Assembly (NCBI GenBank): GCA_963753595.1
Contig: CAVWCX010000018.1
Location: 62,262 to 126,261, forward strand
From: Candidatus Methanoperedenaceae archaeon
Lineage (GTDB): Archaea > Halobacteriota > Methanosarcinia > Methanosarcinales > Methanoperedenaceae
Direction of reading: 5' to 3'
Length of the DNA: 64,000 bases
Shown piece by piece: positions 48,420 to 58,328 of this stretch. How positions within the stretch are numbered: position 1 is the first letter of the stretch; every line of letters begins with the position of its first letter. The position numbers and the translations under genes were made by a program. The notes below the pieces were generated by a model. It saw nothing but the letters and a program-made list of their open reading frames with translations, did not search any database and had not been told where the DNA came from.

Positions 48420-48902
48420 ATGGTTAAAGTATGGTTTATTATTGCAAGTCCTAAGTCAAACAAAGAAGTATGGGAAAATATAGAAAATTCTTTATGGGAG
48501 AAATATGAGGGTCATACGGCGTGGGGAATACCAGATGGTAATGAAGATATTGAGAAGATAGAACGAATAGAGAAAGGTGATATAATATTGTGTTACGATG
48601 CTGCACCTAAAACAGCAATTGTAGGTGAATGTAAATGCACAGGCAAATATAATAATGATCATCATAATACTGGATTTAAAAATGGGATTTGTATATCTGG
48701 TTTTAAGAAATATGTAGATCCTAAGAAATTTAGTGACCTTCGCAAAAAGGGATTTGGTTTTATAGAAGAATTCTTAGGAAATAACAACGGAAGAAAACGT
48801 TCTATAGTCGAAGTGCCAGAAAATGATTGGGACATGTTCAAAAAGATTTACCCCAGAGTATTTAGATACTGTCGGAAAAGTGCCAAAATTGGAACACCCT
48901 AA
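48420..48902 (+). CDS. EVE (PUA-like) domain protein
   Basis: VWFII, AWG, IEKGDIILCY...P.TAIVG signature; C-terminus altered by the MITE. Confidence 0.72.
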   Translation: MVKVWFIIASPKSNKEVWENIENSLWEKYEGHTAWGIPDGNEDIEKIERIEKGDIILCYDAAPKTAIVGECKCTGKYNNDHHNTGFKNGICISGFKKYVDPKKFSDLRKKGFGFIEEFLGNNNGRKRSIVEVPENDWDMFKKIYPRVFRYCRKSAKIGTP

Positions 48903-48993
48903 GATAATGATATAAGTAAACCGATATGCATCGACACATCGATTTAGACTGTTATTTCTAAAATTCTAAAACCAGGACTTTTCCGACAGTCTC
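48865..48993. mobile_element. 129-bp MITE with 17-bp TIRs and ATTTA target-site duplication
   Basis: GATACTGTCGGAAAAGT (48865-48881) and ACTTTTCCGACAGTCTC (48977-48993) match 16/17. ATTTA at 48860-48864 and 48994-48998. Confidence 0.88.
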
Positions 48994-49090
48994 ATTTAAA
49001 AAATAATGTACGTCCTTAATCTTGATGAAGGTTTTCTGGATATAGTATGTATTTGTATGTTGAAATAAATAGGTTTTTCATGATGGGAAT

Positions 49091-49771
49091 ATGACTACAT
49101 CCAAAATTCAAAGCAAATCAATGAATGATTGGAACATATCTGAAATGATTCAACTGTTCCAAAAGAATCGTGTCCCTTATTTAAGAAAACACATTCTAAA
49201 TCCCCCTTACAATCACAATGCAATAATAAGTCAATGGGCACGTTGGTGGATTGAAGATACAAGTGAGAATGCTGAAAGGGGCGTATTCGATGAAGCTATT
49301 TCGTGCGAAGGTAAAAGACGTGCAGATATAATGTTTCTCGAGAAATCCTTGGATAATTTTTTTGAAATAAAAGGCATTGCTGAAATTGAAAACAATATCA
49401 ATGATGATGAGAATAAATATCTGGAAAAATTAGAAACATTGAAAATATATGATGAAATGACAGAAAAATTTCCGGACCTTAAATTTGTCATCTTAAGCAC
49501 AATAATGGTTATTGATAATAAAAATTCCTATTTGGATTATTTCACAGAACTTTTAGAGGAAACGAAAAAATATTCCAAGGATTCATGTATATATTGGATA
49601 ATATATATTATAAAAATAATAGAAAATCGTAAAGACCCCAGAGAATTTAATGTTTCTGACAAGGTCAAAGGTTATCCGAGATATGCTTGGTATCATGAAT
49701 ATGAGAATCAAGGAGCTTATGTTATTTTACAGGACGGTATAGAAATTATAAAGGAAAATTGGCCTGAATAG
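49091..49771 (+). CDS. Hypothetical protein, putative PD-(D/E)XK-fold nuclease
   Basis: E...RRADIMF...GIAEIEN pattern (D...ExE variant); AT-rich. Confidence 0.55.
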   Translation: MTTSKIQSKSMNDWNISEMIQLFQKNRVPYLRKHILNPPYNHNAIISQWARWWIEDTSENAERGVFDEAISCEGKRRADIMFLEKSLDNFFEIKGIAEIENNINDDENKYLEKLETLKIYDEMTEKFPDLKFVILSTIMVIDNKNSYLDYFTELLEETKKYSKDSCIYWIIYIIKIIENRKDPREFNVSDKVKGYPRYAWYHEYENQGAYVILQDGIEIIKENWPE

Positions 49772-50067
49772 CTTATTTTAAATCTTCCTCAGCCCGCTCT
49801 CGTTCAATGATCTCTTTTTCGTCCACTTCCTGCCTGAGTCGCGCCAGTTCAGCTTTCATCTGTTGCATTAGAGGGTCAGCCCTCCGGCGTGAAATCTTTT
49901 TTTATATTTTGTTCCTTTGAACCCAATAAAGATAAAAAGCAGTAAATCAATATTGATTGAAAATAAGCCATATTTAATAAACTATGAAAAAATATATAAG
50001 AAATCAATGATTAACTTATATTAAACCTTATTAAAATAAAGCTTTATTCAATAAACCAGAGGACTTC

Positions 50068-51162
50068 ATGAATTCATCGATCCAGATAGGGAAAATAATG
50101 GGTATCCCGATAAAATTGCATATAACATTCTTACTCATACTACCGGTATTCGGGTACGTTTTTGCAAATTATCCATCAGATTTTGGTTTTAGTGATGTTG
50201 AGCCATTATTGCTACGGTATGCACTGGGTTTATCTTTTGCGATCCTTCTTTTCACATGCGTTCTTTTGCATGAACTGGGTCATTCCTATATAGCTAAGAA
50301 ACACGGCTCCAATATCCAGGGAATTACACTGTTCCTTTTTGGCGGCGTATCTTCACTTGAAGATATCCCCAGAAATCCAAAGATGGAGTTCAAAATGGCA
50401 TTGGCAGGACCCGCGATCAGCCTTTTGATCGGCTCAATACTTATCATTTTTTACAAAATCCTCAATGGGGATTTACATCTGAGTAACCCATACCTGAGAA
50501 TGGTCTGGATGATAGGATATATTAACGTCGTTCTTTGCATTTTCAATCTCCTTCCGGCATTTCCAATGGACGGCGGAAGGGTGTTAAGAGCAGTGCTTGC
50601 TGGAAAGATGTCGTACCTGAAAGCAACCCACGATGCTGCATATGTGGGCAAGATGTTTGCAATATTCATGGGCATTTTTGGATTTTTGACCGTTTCTACT
50701 GGAGGTTTCTGGTTTATGCTCATCGCATTTTTTATATACATCGGTGCTACGGAAGAGGAAAAATCCACACAGGTCAGTGTTACACTTGAAGGTATGAAAA
50801 TCAAGGATATAATGTCAAGGGATGTAACAACCGTTTCCTCAGGTATGTCTGTCGATGAACTGGTGGATTTCATGTTCAAGCACAAACACATGGGATATCC
50901 TGTCGTTGATGGGACAGAAATAAAAGGCATAGTAACTTTTACAGATGTTCAAAATGTTCCTAAGGAAGATCGGAAAATCATTAATGTTTCAAAAATAATG
51001 ACCAAAGAGATTATCAGCCTTAAGGAAGATGATGAGGCAGTAAAAGCATTAAAAGTTATGACCACAAATAATATAGGACGGATAATTATAATACAGGATA
51101 CGAATATGATAGGTATTGTTTCAAGAACAGACCTCCTGAGGTCCGTACAATTACTGGAATGA
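50068..51162 (+). CDS. Site-2 protease (M50) with a CBS pair
   Basis: HELGH, NLLPAFPMDGG, two CBS domains. Confidence 0.94.
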   Translation: MNSSIQIGKIMGIPIKLHITFLLILPVFGYVFANYPSDFGFSDVEPLLLRYALGLSFAILLFTCVLLHELGHSYIAKKHGSNIQGITLFLFGGVSSLEDIPRNPKMEFKMALAGPAISLLIGSILIIFYKILNGDLHLSNPYLRMVWMIGYINVVLCIFNLLPAFPMDGGRVLRAVLAGKMSYLKATHDAAYVGKMFAIFMGIFGFLTVSTGGFWFMLIAFFIYIGATEEEKSTQVSVTLEGMKIKDIMSRDVTTVSSGMSVDELVDFMFKHKHMGYPVVDGTEIKGIVTFTDVQNVPKEDRKIINVSKIMTKEIISLKEDDEAVKALKVMTTNNIGRIIIIQDTNMIGIVSRTDLLRSVQLLE

Positions 51163-51163
51163 C

Positions 51164-52433
51164 ATGAATAACGGTATTTATAAAGTAAGCTGCAATTTTA
51201 ATATACAGAATCCGGCTTCCCCCAGGGGAAAGATAATTATTGTGGGGACGGCTCATGTTTCTGAAAAAAGCATTGCAGAAGTCAATGAAGTGATCGAACG
51301 TGAAAAACCCGACATTGTGGCTGTTGAACTTGACAGTGCAAGGTTCAAGGCTATCAAGGGTGAAGAACAGGCAGTAAAGGAAATCAATGTAAAAGACCTT
51401 TTAAGTGAAGGAAAAGTCTATTATTTCATGCTTCACTGGCTTCTTGCGTATGTCCAGAAAAAAATTGGAGCCGATACAGGGGTTAAGCCTGGCGCTGAAA
51501 TGATGGCTGCAATTGAGCAGGCTGAAAAGTCGGGAGCAAAGATCGCGCTCATTGACAGGGACATCCAGCTTACACTGACACGTTTCTGGAACAAGATGTC
51601 CTTTTTTGAGAAATTGAAGCTTTTTGTTTCCCTCATCGGAGCATCACTTGGTTTCGGAACGCAGGAAATTGATATGGAAACGGTTACAAATGAGGATGTT
51701 GTGACCCAGCTTGTGGGCGAATTGAGAAAACTTGCCCCCAGCGCAGCAATAGTCCTGATCGATGAAAGAGATGCCTTCATGGCAAGGAACCTGATTGACC
51801 TTTCCAATCAGGGAAAAGTAGTAGCCGTAGTAGGTGCGGGTCACAGGGAGGGATTACAGAAATATCTTGACAATCCTGAAACCTTACCTCCAATAGAAGA
51901 ACTCATAGCGATCCCGAAAAAGGGTTTTAACTGGCTGAATGCCATTTTTATTGCAGTTGTAATAATGGTCGTCGGGAATGCTTGCTCTTCTGGTCTTAGG
52001 AGGATATCCCCTTGAGAAGCTTCTTACGGCAATGCTATACCTTTTCTTAGCCCAGGGAATACTTTCAGCCGTTGGTGTTCTTGTTGCCGGGGGACATCCG
52101 CTCTCAGCATTGACGGCTTTTGGCCTGGCATGGTTTGGTTTCCTGCACCCTTTATTAGCAGTTGGCTGGCTGGCCGGTCTTGTGGAGGCGCATTTTCGTC
52201 CATTCACGACAGATGATGTTAAGACGATAATGAAAGCTGAAACCATGAAAGAATTAATGCGGAATAAGTTATTTCGTGTTTTTCTAGTTGCAGGATTGGC
52301 AAATCTTGGCAGTATGATAGGAACATTTGTGGCAATACCTATTATGATACATTATCTTGGTATAACAAACCCGCTTGATACACTCATTGGGGCCCTTCAA
52401 ATGGGATTTAATACTTTAAAAGCATTTTTTTGA
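51164..52433 (+). CDS. TraB/PrgY (GumN) family protein, split by a +1 frameshift at about 51974-51977
   Basis: VGTAHVS, AVELD, PGAEM, DERD, VVGAGH. The TM tail continues in the 51978 frame; removing one base gives GTC GGA ATG CTT. Confidence 0.88.
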
Positions 52434-52635
52434 TTTTTTAAATCATCCGATGTTTTGATTATAATTAAAATCCATTTTTTATTTATTATCTTAATTTCAT
52501 TGAAAAATACTGATTTTCTATAGTATCTATATATTATTGGGAAAACCTATATTATATCAAGAGACTACTCGAACAAAATAGAAAACATTAAGATAAAGAA
52601 TTATTACAAATAAATGTAAAAATGGAGATTGAAAT

Positions 52636-53265
52636 ATGGGACTGAAAGAATGGCTTATTCCGCAGGATAAACACTTTTTTAATATGCTGGAGAACGAATC
52701 AGGTAATGTTCTGGATGGTTCGAAGGCATTTCTTGAAATGCTTAATAATTATGAAAATATCCGGGAAAAGCAGCAAAAAATAAAGGATATAGAGCACCAG
52801 GGAGATGATTTTGTTCATGAGATCTTTGAGGAATTGAATAAAACATTCATTACTCCTATCGACCATGAGGATATTTCAGCACTTGCCTCGGCTTTTGATG
52901 ATGTGCTTGATTATATTGATGGCACAGCAACACGCTTTGTCCTTTACGAGATCAAAAAACCAGAAGAGAATATGATAAAATTAGCTGAAGTGATCTTAAA
53001 ACAGGCCACTGAATTAAACCATGCAATTTGCGGGCTGCGAAACATAAAGAATCCGAAAGATATAGAGCAAAGATGTATTGAAGTAAACAGGCTTGAAAAT
53101 GTAGCAGATGATATTTATAAATCTTCGGTAGCCCTGCTTTTCAAGCAAAAAGATGCTATCGAGATAATGAAATTAAAAGAGATATATGAAAGGCTTGAGT
53201 TCGCTACTGACAAATGCGAGGATGCTGCGAACGTAATAAGTGACATCGTAGTAAAGAATAGTTAA
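52636..53265 (+). CDS. DUF47 (PhoU-like) Pit accessory protein
   Basis: IEHQGD, TFITPIDHEDI, LE.ATDKCED. Confidence 0.9.
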   Translation: MGLKEWLIPQDKHFFNMLENESGNVLDGSKAFLEMLNNYENIREKQQKIKDIEHQGDDFVHEIFEELNKTFITPIDHEDISALASAFDDVLDYIDGTATRFVLYEIKKPEENMIKLAEVILKQATELNHAICGLRNIKNPKDIEQRCIEVNRLENVADDIYKSSVALLFKQKDAIEIMKLKEIYERLEFATDKCEDAANVISDIVVKNS

Positions 53266-53276
53266 AAGGTGATATT

Positions 53277-54293
53277 TTGCTATTCATACAGGAATTTATC
53301 ATCTTTACAATAGTCTTGGCTTTGATCTTTGATTTCATAAATGGATTTCATGACTCAGCCAATGCGATCTCTACAGTAGTCGCCACCAAGGTATTATCAC
53401 CGATTCGTGCGGTTGGAATGGCTGCTGTGGGAAATCTCATAGGGCCTCTTTTCTTTTCAACCGCAATAGCTGCTACCATAGGGAAAGGAATAATAAAAAT
53501 TGAACTTGTTCAGGATAAAGAAATACTCGTATTCATAATATTTTCAGCGCTGGTCGGAGCTATTGTATGGGACCTGATCACATGGTATTACGGGCTTCCC
53601 ACATCAAGCAGCCATGCACTTGTTGGTGGTCTTGTAGGTGCAGGACTGGTCTCAATAGGCAGCAGTTCCATAAATCCTGTCGGTGTTGAAAAAGTCATTG
53701 CCTTCATGGTAATATCACCGATCATCGGGCTGATCGCAGCGTTCATACTAACAACATTGGTAATCAGGGCATTTTATCGTGTCTCTCCTTCCAGGATCAA
53801 CATATATTTTAAGCGCTTGCAACTATTTTCAGCTTTTTTTTATTCTGTCACACATGGTACGAACGATGCTCAAAAAACAATGGGAATCATCACTGTGCTG
53901 CTTGTGGCGTATGGTTCTCTTACAACATTCAATGTGCCGATATGGGTAATACTGGCAGCCCATATATCCATTTCACTTGGTACTTTCTTAGGAGGATGGA
54001 GAATTGTAAAAACCATGGCCCAAAAAATCACAAAACTGAGACCTTATCAGGGTTTCTGTGCTGAGACCTCAGGCGGCATTGTGCTTGCCAGCATGGCCGC
54101 CATGGGAATACCTGTAAGCACAACACATGTAATATCTTCATCTATAATGGGCGTAGGAGCTACGGATAAACTTTCTGCGGTAAGGTGGGGTATCGCGCGA
54201 AAGATCATTGGTGCCTGGATATTAACAATTCCTGCAACTGCTATAATTTCAGGAATGACTTTTTCTGTAATGAAAGCCATATTCCGATTTTGA
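53277..54293 (+). CDS. pit: PiT family inorganic phosphate transporter
   Basis: NGFHDSAN, PTSSSH, HGTNDAQK, PVSTTH. Confidence 0.94.
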   Translation: MLFIQEFIIFTIVLALIFDFINGFHDSANAISTVVATKVLSPIRAVGMAAVGNLIGPLFFSTAIAATIGKGIIKIELVQDKEILVFIIFSALVGAIVWDLITWYYGLPTSSSHALVGGLVGAGLVSIGSSSINPVGVEKVIAFMVISPIIGLIAAFILTTLVIRAFYRVSPSRINIYFKRLQLFSAFFYSVTHGTNDAQKTMGIITVLLVAYGSLTTFNVPIWVILAAHISISLGTFLGGWRIVKTMAQKITKLRPYQGFCAETSGGIVLASMAAMGIPVSTTHVISSSIMGVGATDKLSAVRWGIARKIIGAWILTIPATAIISGMTFSVMKAIFRF

Positions 54294-54351
54294 TGTTGAG
54301 TACGATTTTGAGAAAAGTCTTATTACTTTTTAAAAAGATAAAAGGAATATA

Positions 54352-54645
54352 ATGTTAAAAGATAAAACCAAGCTTGTCATCTGGCCTATATACCTTGATG
54401 CAACAAAATCAAGGGGAGAAGGACGCCTTCTTTCCATGAAAGATTCTATAAAATCACCTGTAGTAAGAGAGATCGAGAAAGCGGCTCTTGAACTGGGTCT
54501 TGCTCCTGTTGTGGAATCCGATAAAGCCCACCCGCAATCATGGTGGGTTAAAAGCGGAAGGGTGCTTGTTGATAAGAAAGGACCAAAATCAGTAATTACA
54601 AAACAGATCGCGCAGCATATAAGCAAGACACGGGGGCCGAAATGA
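54352..54645 (+). CDS. srp19: Signal recognition particle protein SRP19
   Basis: VIWPIYLD..KSR.EGR, HP..W..SGRV. Confidence 0.93.
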   Translation: MLKDKTKLVIWPIYLDATKSRGEGRLLSMKDSIKSPVVREIEKAALELGLAPVVESDKAHPQSWWVKSGRVLVDKKGPKSVITKQIAQHISKTRGPK

Positions 54646-55286
54646 TTGACCTCCACACACATTCATCTTTTAGCGATGGGGAGCTCATACCAAGCGAACT
54701 TGTGCGCCGCGCCTTTGTGCTGGGATATACGGCAATAGCAATAACAGACCATGTTGATTATACGAACATAGAACATATCCTCTCTTGCGTGCACAACGTG
54801 AAGAGCCTTGAAGACGATTATAATATCAGGATTTTTTCAGGAGTTGAAATAACCCATGTCCCTCCTGCAAAAATGCCAGGGCTTGTCAAGATGGCAAGAA
54901 AACTGGGCGCTGAGGTCATAGTCGTTCATGGTGAGACATCAGTTGAGCCTGTTCCCCAGGGAACAAATCATGCAGCAGTGTCGCTTGATATTGATATTCT
55001 TGCGCATCCGGGTTTTATTACTCCTGAAGACGCTCTGACCGCAAAGGAAAACGGAATATGTCTTGAGATCACATCACGAAACGGCCACAACAGGACGAAC
55101 GGTCATGTAGCAAGGATCGCACAGGAAACTGGCGCAGGCCTTATTGTAGATACGGACTCACATTCACCGCATGATCTGATAAATGATGAAACAGCATTTA
55201 AGATCGCAATGGGAGCCGGTCTTGATGAAAAAGGTGCAAAAAAAGCAACGGCTGCAAATCCATTGAAGCTGATCAAAAACCTGTAA
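54642..55286 (+). CDS. PHP-domain (histidinol-phosphate phosphatase-like) hydrolase
   Basis: DLHTHS..SDG, ITDH, LAHPG, DTDSH. Confidence 0.9.
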   Translation: MIDLHTHSSFSDGELIPSELVRRAFVLGYTAIAITDHVDYTNIEHILSCVHNVKSLEDDYNIRIFSGVEITHVPPAKMPGLVKMARKLGAEVIVVHGETSVEPVPQGTNHAAVSLDIDILAHPGFITPEDALTAKENGICLEITSRNGHNRTNGHVARIAQETGAGLIVDTDSHSPHDLINDETAFKIAMGAGLDEKGAKKATAANPLKLIKNL

Positions 55287-55304
55287 TTTATATAATAAAC
55301 TAAT

Positions 55305-56972
55305 TCATCTCCCCTTTTGCCCGATATAAAGTTGTTCGATCCTTTCTATTGAATCAGCATCATCGATTGATTTATCGCTTCTCACATTGACAAGCCTTGG
55401 AAAGCGAAGTGCATATCCTGATCCATAATTCGGGCTCTTCTGGATCTCCTCAAAAGCAACTTCAAAAACGATTTTCGGCTCAAAATCCAGATGGATCCCT
55501 TTTTCTGAAATTATTAGATCCTTGAATAATTTTGTGAGGTCTTCCAGTTGCTCATCTGTAATACCTGTCGCCACCCGTCCAATGGGAAGGAATCTTTCAG
55601 TGTCAGGGTCACGGCAGGCAAGTAAATACGAACCGATGAATTTAGTTCGTCTTCCTTCACCCCATTCCCCGCCGATAACCACAAGATCAAGTGTCTCCAT
55701 GATGGGTTTTAATTTAAGCCAGTTCTTTCCTCGTTTTCCCGGAGAATATGATGACCCGGGATTTTTAAACATTACACCTTCATGCCCCGCAGCAAGCGCT
55801 TCATTATATATATTTTCAATAATTGCCGGATCATCAGTTATAGTCTGTTTTGCAACAATGCTCTTATCACAAACTTCCTCAAGCTTTTCCCGCCTCTTGA
55901 TCAAAGGAATATCGATAAGACTTTCACCGTTTAGATAAAGAATATCAAAAAGATTAAGGTAAAGAGGGATTTGTTCTGCCGTGGTTGAGACATCATATTT
56001 CCTGCGAAAGCGCCTGAGTATTTCCTGGAAAGCCATTGGCCTTTTATCTTTTCCGATAGCTACGGCTTCACCATCAAGAATAACACTTTTTGCCGAAATA
56101 TTTGTACTTATGGATTTTACAAGATCGGGCAGCGAAGAAGTCACGTCCTCAAGCTTACGTGAATATATCGTAATGTCATTTTCGTTCTTATGTATCTGGA
56201 CCCGGGCGCCATCAAATTTCCATTCCACTGCAACATGCCCCATTTCTTTTACAGTTTCATTGATACCAGGACCAATTTGAGCAAGCATCATCCTCAGCGG
56301 GCGGTTAATCATAACTCCAAGCTTTAGAAGCCCCTCTTTACCTTCTTTTTTTGCTGTAATTGCGACAAGACCTGGATCATTTGTCAGCAAAATTCCACGC
56401 TCGACAAGTTCAGACGGTACATCAAATGCCTCTGCTATTGCATTTCGAACGATACCCTCACCCACGCCGATACGAAGCTCCTCGATCGATAAACGTGAGA
56501 GATAAACGATTTCTGTGGGTTGAGCCTGGCTGAATAGATACTGGAGGTTTTTTATTTTGGCATCCTGTGAACCTTTTCCACTCAATTCCGATATCTTTTC
56601 AAACCGTAAATAAACTTCCTTGATGGAAAGCCGCTCGCCTTCGGAAAATAAACTGAGATGGGTTTTGCCGGACAGGATCGCTTTTTCTAAAGCCAATCCT
56701 ACGTCCCCCGTTTCTTTGATAAATTCTTCAATTCGTTTTACTGGCAATGATGATGTCCTGGATATTGCAGAGTATAGAAGATTAGGGCCAAGGCCAAGTT
56801 CTTTATTGCTCCATACAGGGAACACATGCCCCATAATGAAACGCGTAACAATTGGGAGCTCCTCATCACTTACTTCTTTAAAGAAATTCGAAACATTTGT
56901 AGTAATTTCAAGAGAACCCGAAATATGTTCTATCGCGCTGCATACTTTTGCAAAATCTTCAAAAAAAGTCAT
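55305..56972 (-). CDS. lig: ATP-dependent DNA ligase
   Basis: EWKFDGAR, EGVMFK, WLKLK, LRFPR. Confidence 0.96.
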   Translation of the reverse strand: MTFFEDFAKVCSAIEHISGSLEITTNVSNFFKEVSDEELPIVTRFIMGHVFPVWSNKELGLGPNLLYSAISRTSSLPVKRIEEFIKETGDVGLALEKAILSGKTHLSLFSEGERLSIKEVYLRFEKISELSGKGSQDAKIKNLQYLFSQAQPTEIVYLSRLSIEELRIGVGEGIVRNAIAEAFDVPSELVERGILLTNDPGLVAITAKKEGKEGLLKLGVMINRPLRMMLAQIGPGINETVKEMGHVAVEWKFDGARVQIHKNENDITIYSRKLEDVTSSLPDLVKSISTNISAKSVILDGEAVAIGKDKRPMAFQEILRRFRRKYDVSTTAEQIPLYLNLFDILYLNGESLIDIPLIKRREKLEEVCDKSIVAKQTITDDPAIIENIYNEALAAGHEGVMFKNPGSSYSPGKRGKNWLKLKPIMETLDLVVIGGEWGEGRRTKFIGSYLLACRDPDTERFLPIGRVATGITDEQLEDLTKLFKDLIISEKGIHLDFEPKIVFEVAFEEIQKSPNYGSGYALRFPRLVNVRSDKSIDDADSIERIEQLYIGQKGR

Positions 56973-57003
56973 ATTAAAAAAACAACATAAAATTAAAAAT
57001 AAT

Positions 57004-57030
57004 AAAAAAATAAAAGGGTGTTGTCCCTTT
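57004..57030 (-). terminator. Hairpin plus U-tract terminator after the cytochrome gene
   Basis: Minus strand AAAGGG-acaaca-CCCTTT followed by TATTTTTTTA. Confidence 0.5.
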
Positions 57031-57033
57031 CAT

Positions 57034-57648
57034 TTATTTTGAAGTCGCGTTTGCCAATTTTGCTGCATGAATGACACCGATGTCAGTTCCATGACAGTTG
57101 GTACAATACTTCGATCTTGAAAGGTGGACTGTTATGAGATTGCCGAAGCTTGGTTTAAGTGAATCGGGCGGTGCGCCGTGGCAATTTTCACATACTGAAA
57201 AATGACCTGGTCCATCTGCAGATTTATCAACGACAGGTATCTTTGGTGGAGAACCGTGACAGGTATTACATTCCAGACCAACTGTGCCGGGCCCTATATG
57301 GATATTATGCACCTGGCTCCCGTGACATGTTACACAGAGCTTTCCTCCATTTACGTGGGCTGTTATATCCTGCGGGTTCGTATGACATAATTCGCATTTT
57401 ATCGTTTCAGCTTTTGCCGGAGCCGCTACTACGACAGTAGTTTCGACCGGGGTTGTTGTTTTTCCTGGTGTCGCTGATACAGCAACTGTTGTCTCTTTTA
57501 CTGTTGGCGCAGGAGTTTTTTGGTTTTCTCCTCCGGTTTTTCCAGGAGTAATTTTACCACCCAGGACATAATAACCACCGGCTGCGATCAGGATGACGGC
57601 CACCACGATCGCAATAAAAATAGGAGCCTTCGAATCTTTATCACTCAT
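57034..57648 (-). CDS. Membrane-anchored pentaheme c-type cytochrome
   Basis: Five CxxCH motifs (CELCH, CVTCH, CNTCH, CENCH, CTNCH), N-terminal TM, Thr/Pro linker. Confidence 0.9.
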   Translation of the reverse strand: MSDKDSKAPIFIAIVVAVILIAAGGYYVLGGKITPGKTGGENQKTPAPTVKETTVAVSATPGKTTTPVETTVVVAAPAKAETIKCELCHTNPQDITAHVNGGKLCVTCHGSQVHNIHIGPGTVGLECNTCHGSPPKIPVVDKSADGPGHFSVCENCHGAPPDSLKPSFGNLITVHLSRSKYCTNCHGTDIGVIHAAKLANATSK

Positions 57649-57685
57649 TAAATAATCACCACGCTAATTAGGGTATTATATAGTT

Positions 57686-57988
57686 TTAAATGTTTTGGTT
57701 TATATCTCTTATAATTATATTTGGGTCAGGTTTTTTTAAGGTCTTTCTATCAAAGACAGTTTTTTCTTCAAACTCTATCCTGGTTATCCTGTGGTATGGT
57801 ATATACGAATCTTCCAAGGTCCCATAGAGAACAAGAAATGACCGTTCAATACTTTTGATCATGCTGCCGTCTATGAATTTTATATCTCCAGGAGCGCCTC
57901 TGTGGATATAATAAATTTTGCATTTTGAAAGATCGAATCTCCATTTTATCTCATTGAAAATATCTCTCGGATGTTTCGATCGGAACAT
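57686..57988 (-). CDS. DUF504/MJ1316-like RNA-repair domain protein
   Basis: RDIFNEIKW, YIHRGAP, IPYHRI. Confidence 0.85.
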   Translation of the reverse strand: MFRSKHPRDIFNEIKWRFDLSKCKIYYIHRGAPGDIKFIDGSMIKSIERSFLVLYGTLEDSYIPYHRITRIEFEEKTVFDRKTLKKPDPNIIIRDINQNI

Positions 57989-58038
57989 AAATTAGAATAT
58001 CTCTTTACATAATAATATGACTGGCAGTAAGATAAGGG

Positions 58039-58066
58039 CACCGCAGAGGACGCAAAGGTCGCCAAG
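58039..58066 (+). repeat. Left arm only of a CGCAGAG-type triple-repeat element
   Basis: cacCGCAGAGgaCGCAAAGgtCGCCAAG, 9-nt period. Confidence 0.6.
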
Positions 58067-58328
58067 ATAAGTTCAAAATTTTCAGGCATTAATTCCACTA
58101 AATCCCAACCACCGAAAAACTTATATGCGACAAATATGAAGCATAACAAAACAGTCGCATAACATTAACTGAATAATTACAATATTCTAACAAATTATAA
58201 ATTAAGTTTACTTATTAAATCGGCAATAACACATCATACGAAAGAATGAATAATAATAACATCATAATGTGTTTAACTTGGCCAAAGATTATATATCACG
58301 AATAACCATTAAGAATCTGGAGAACTGA

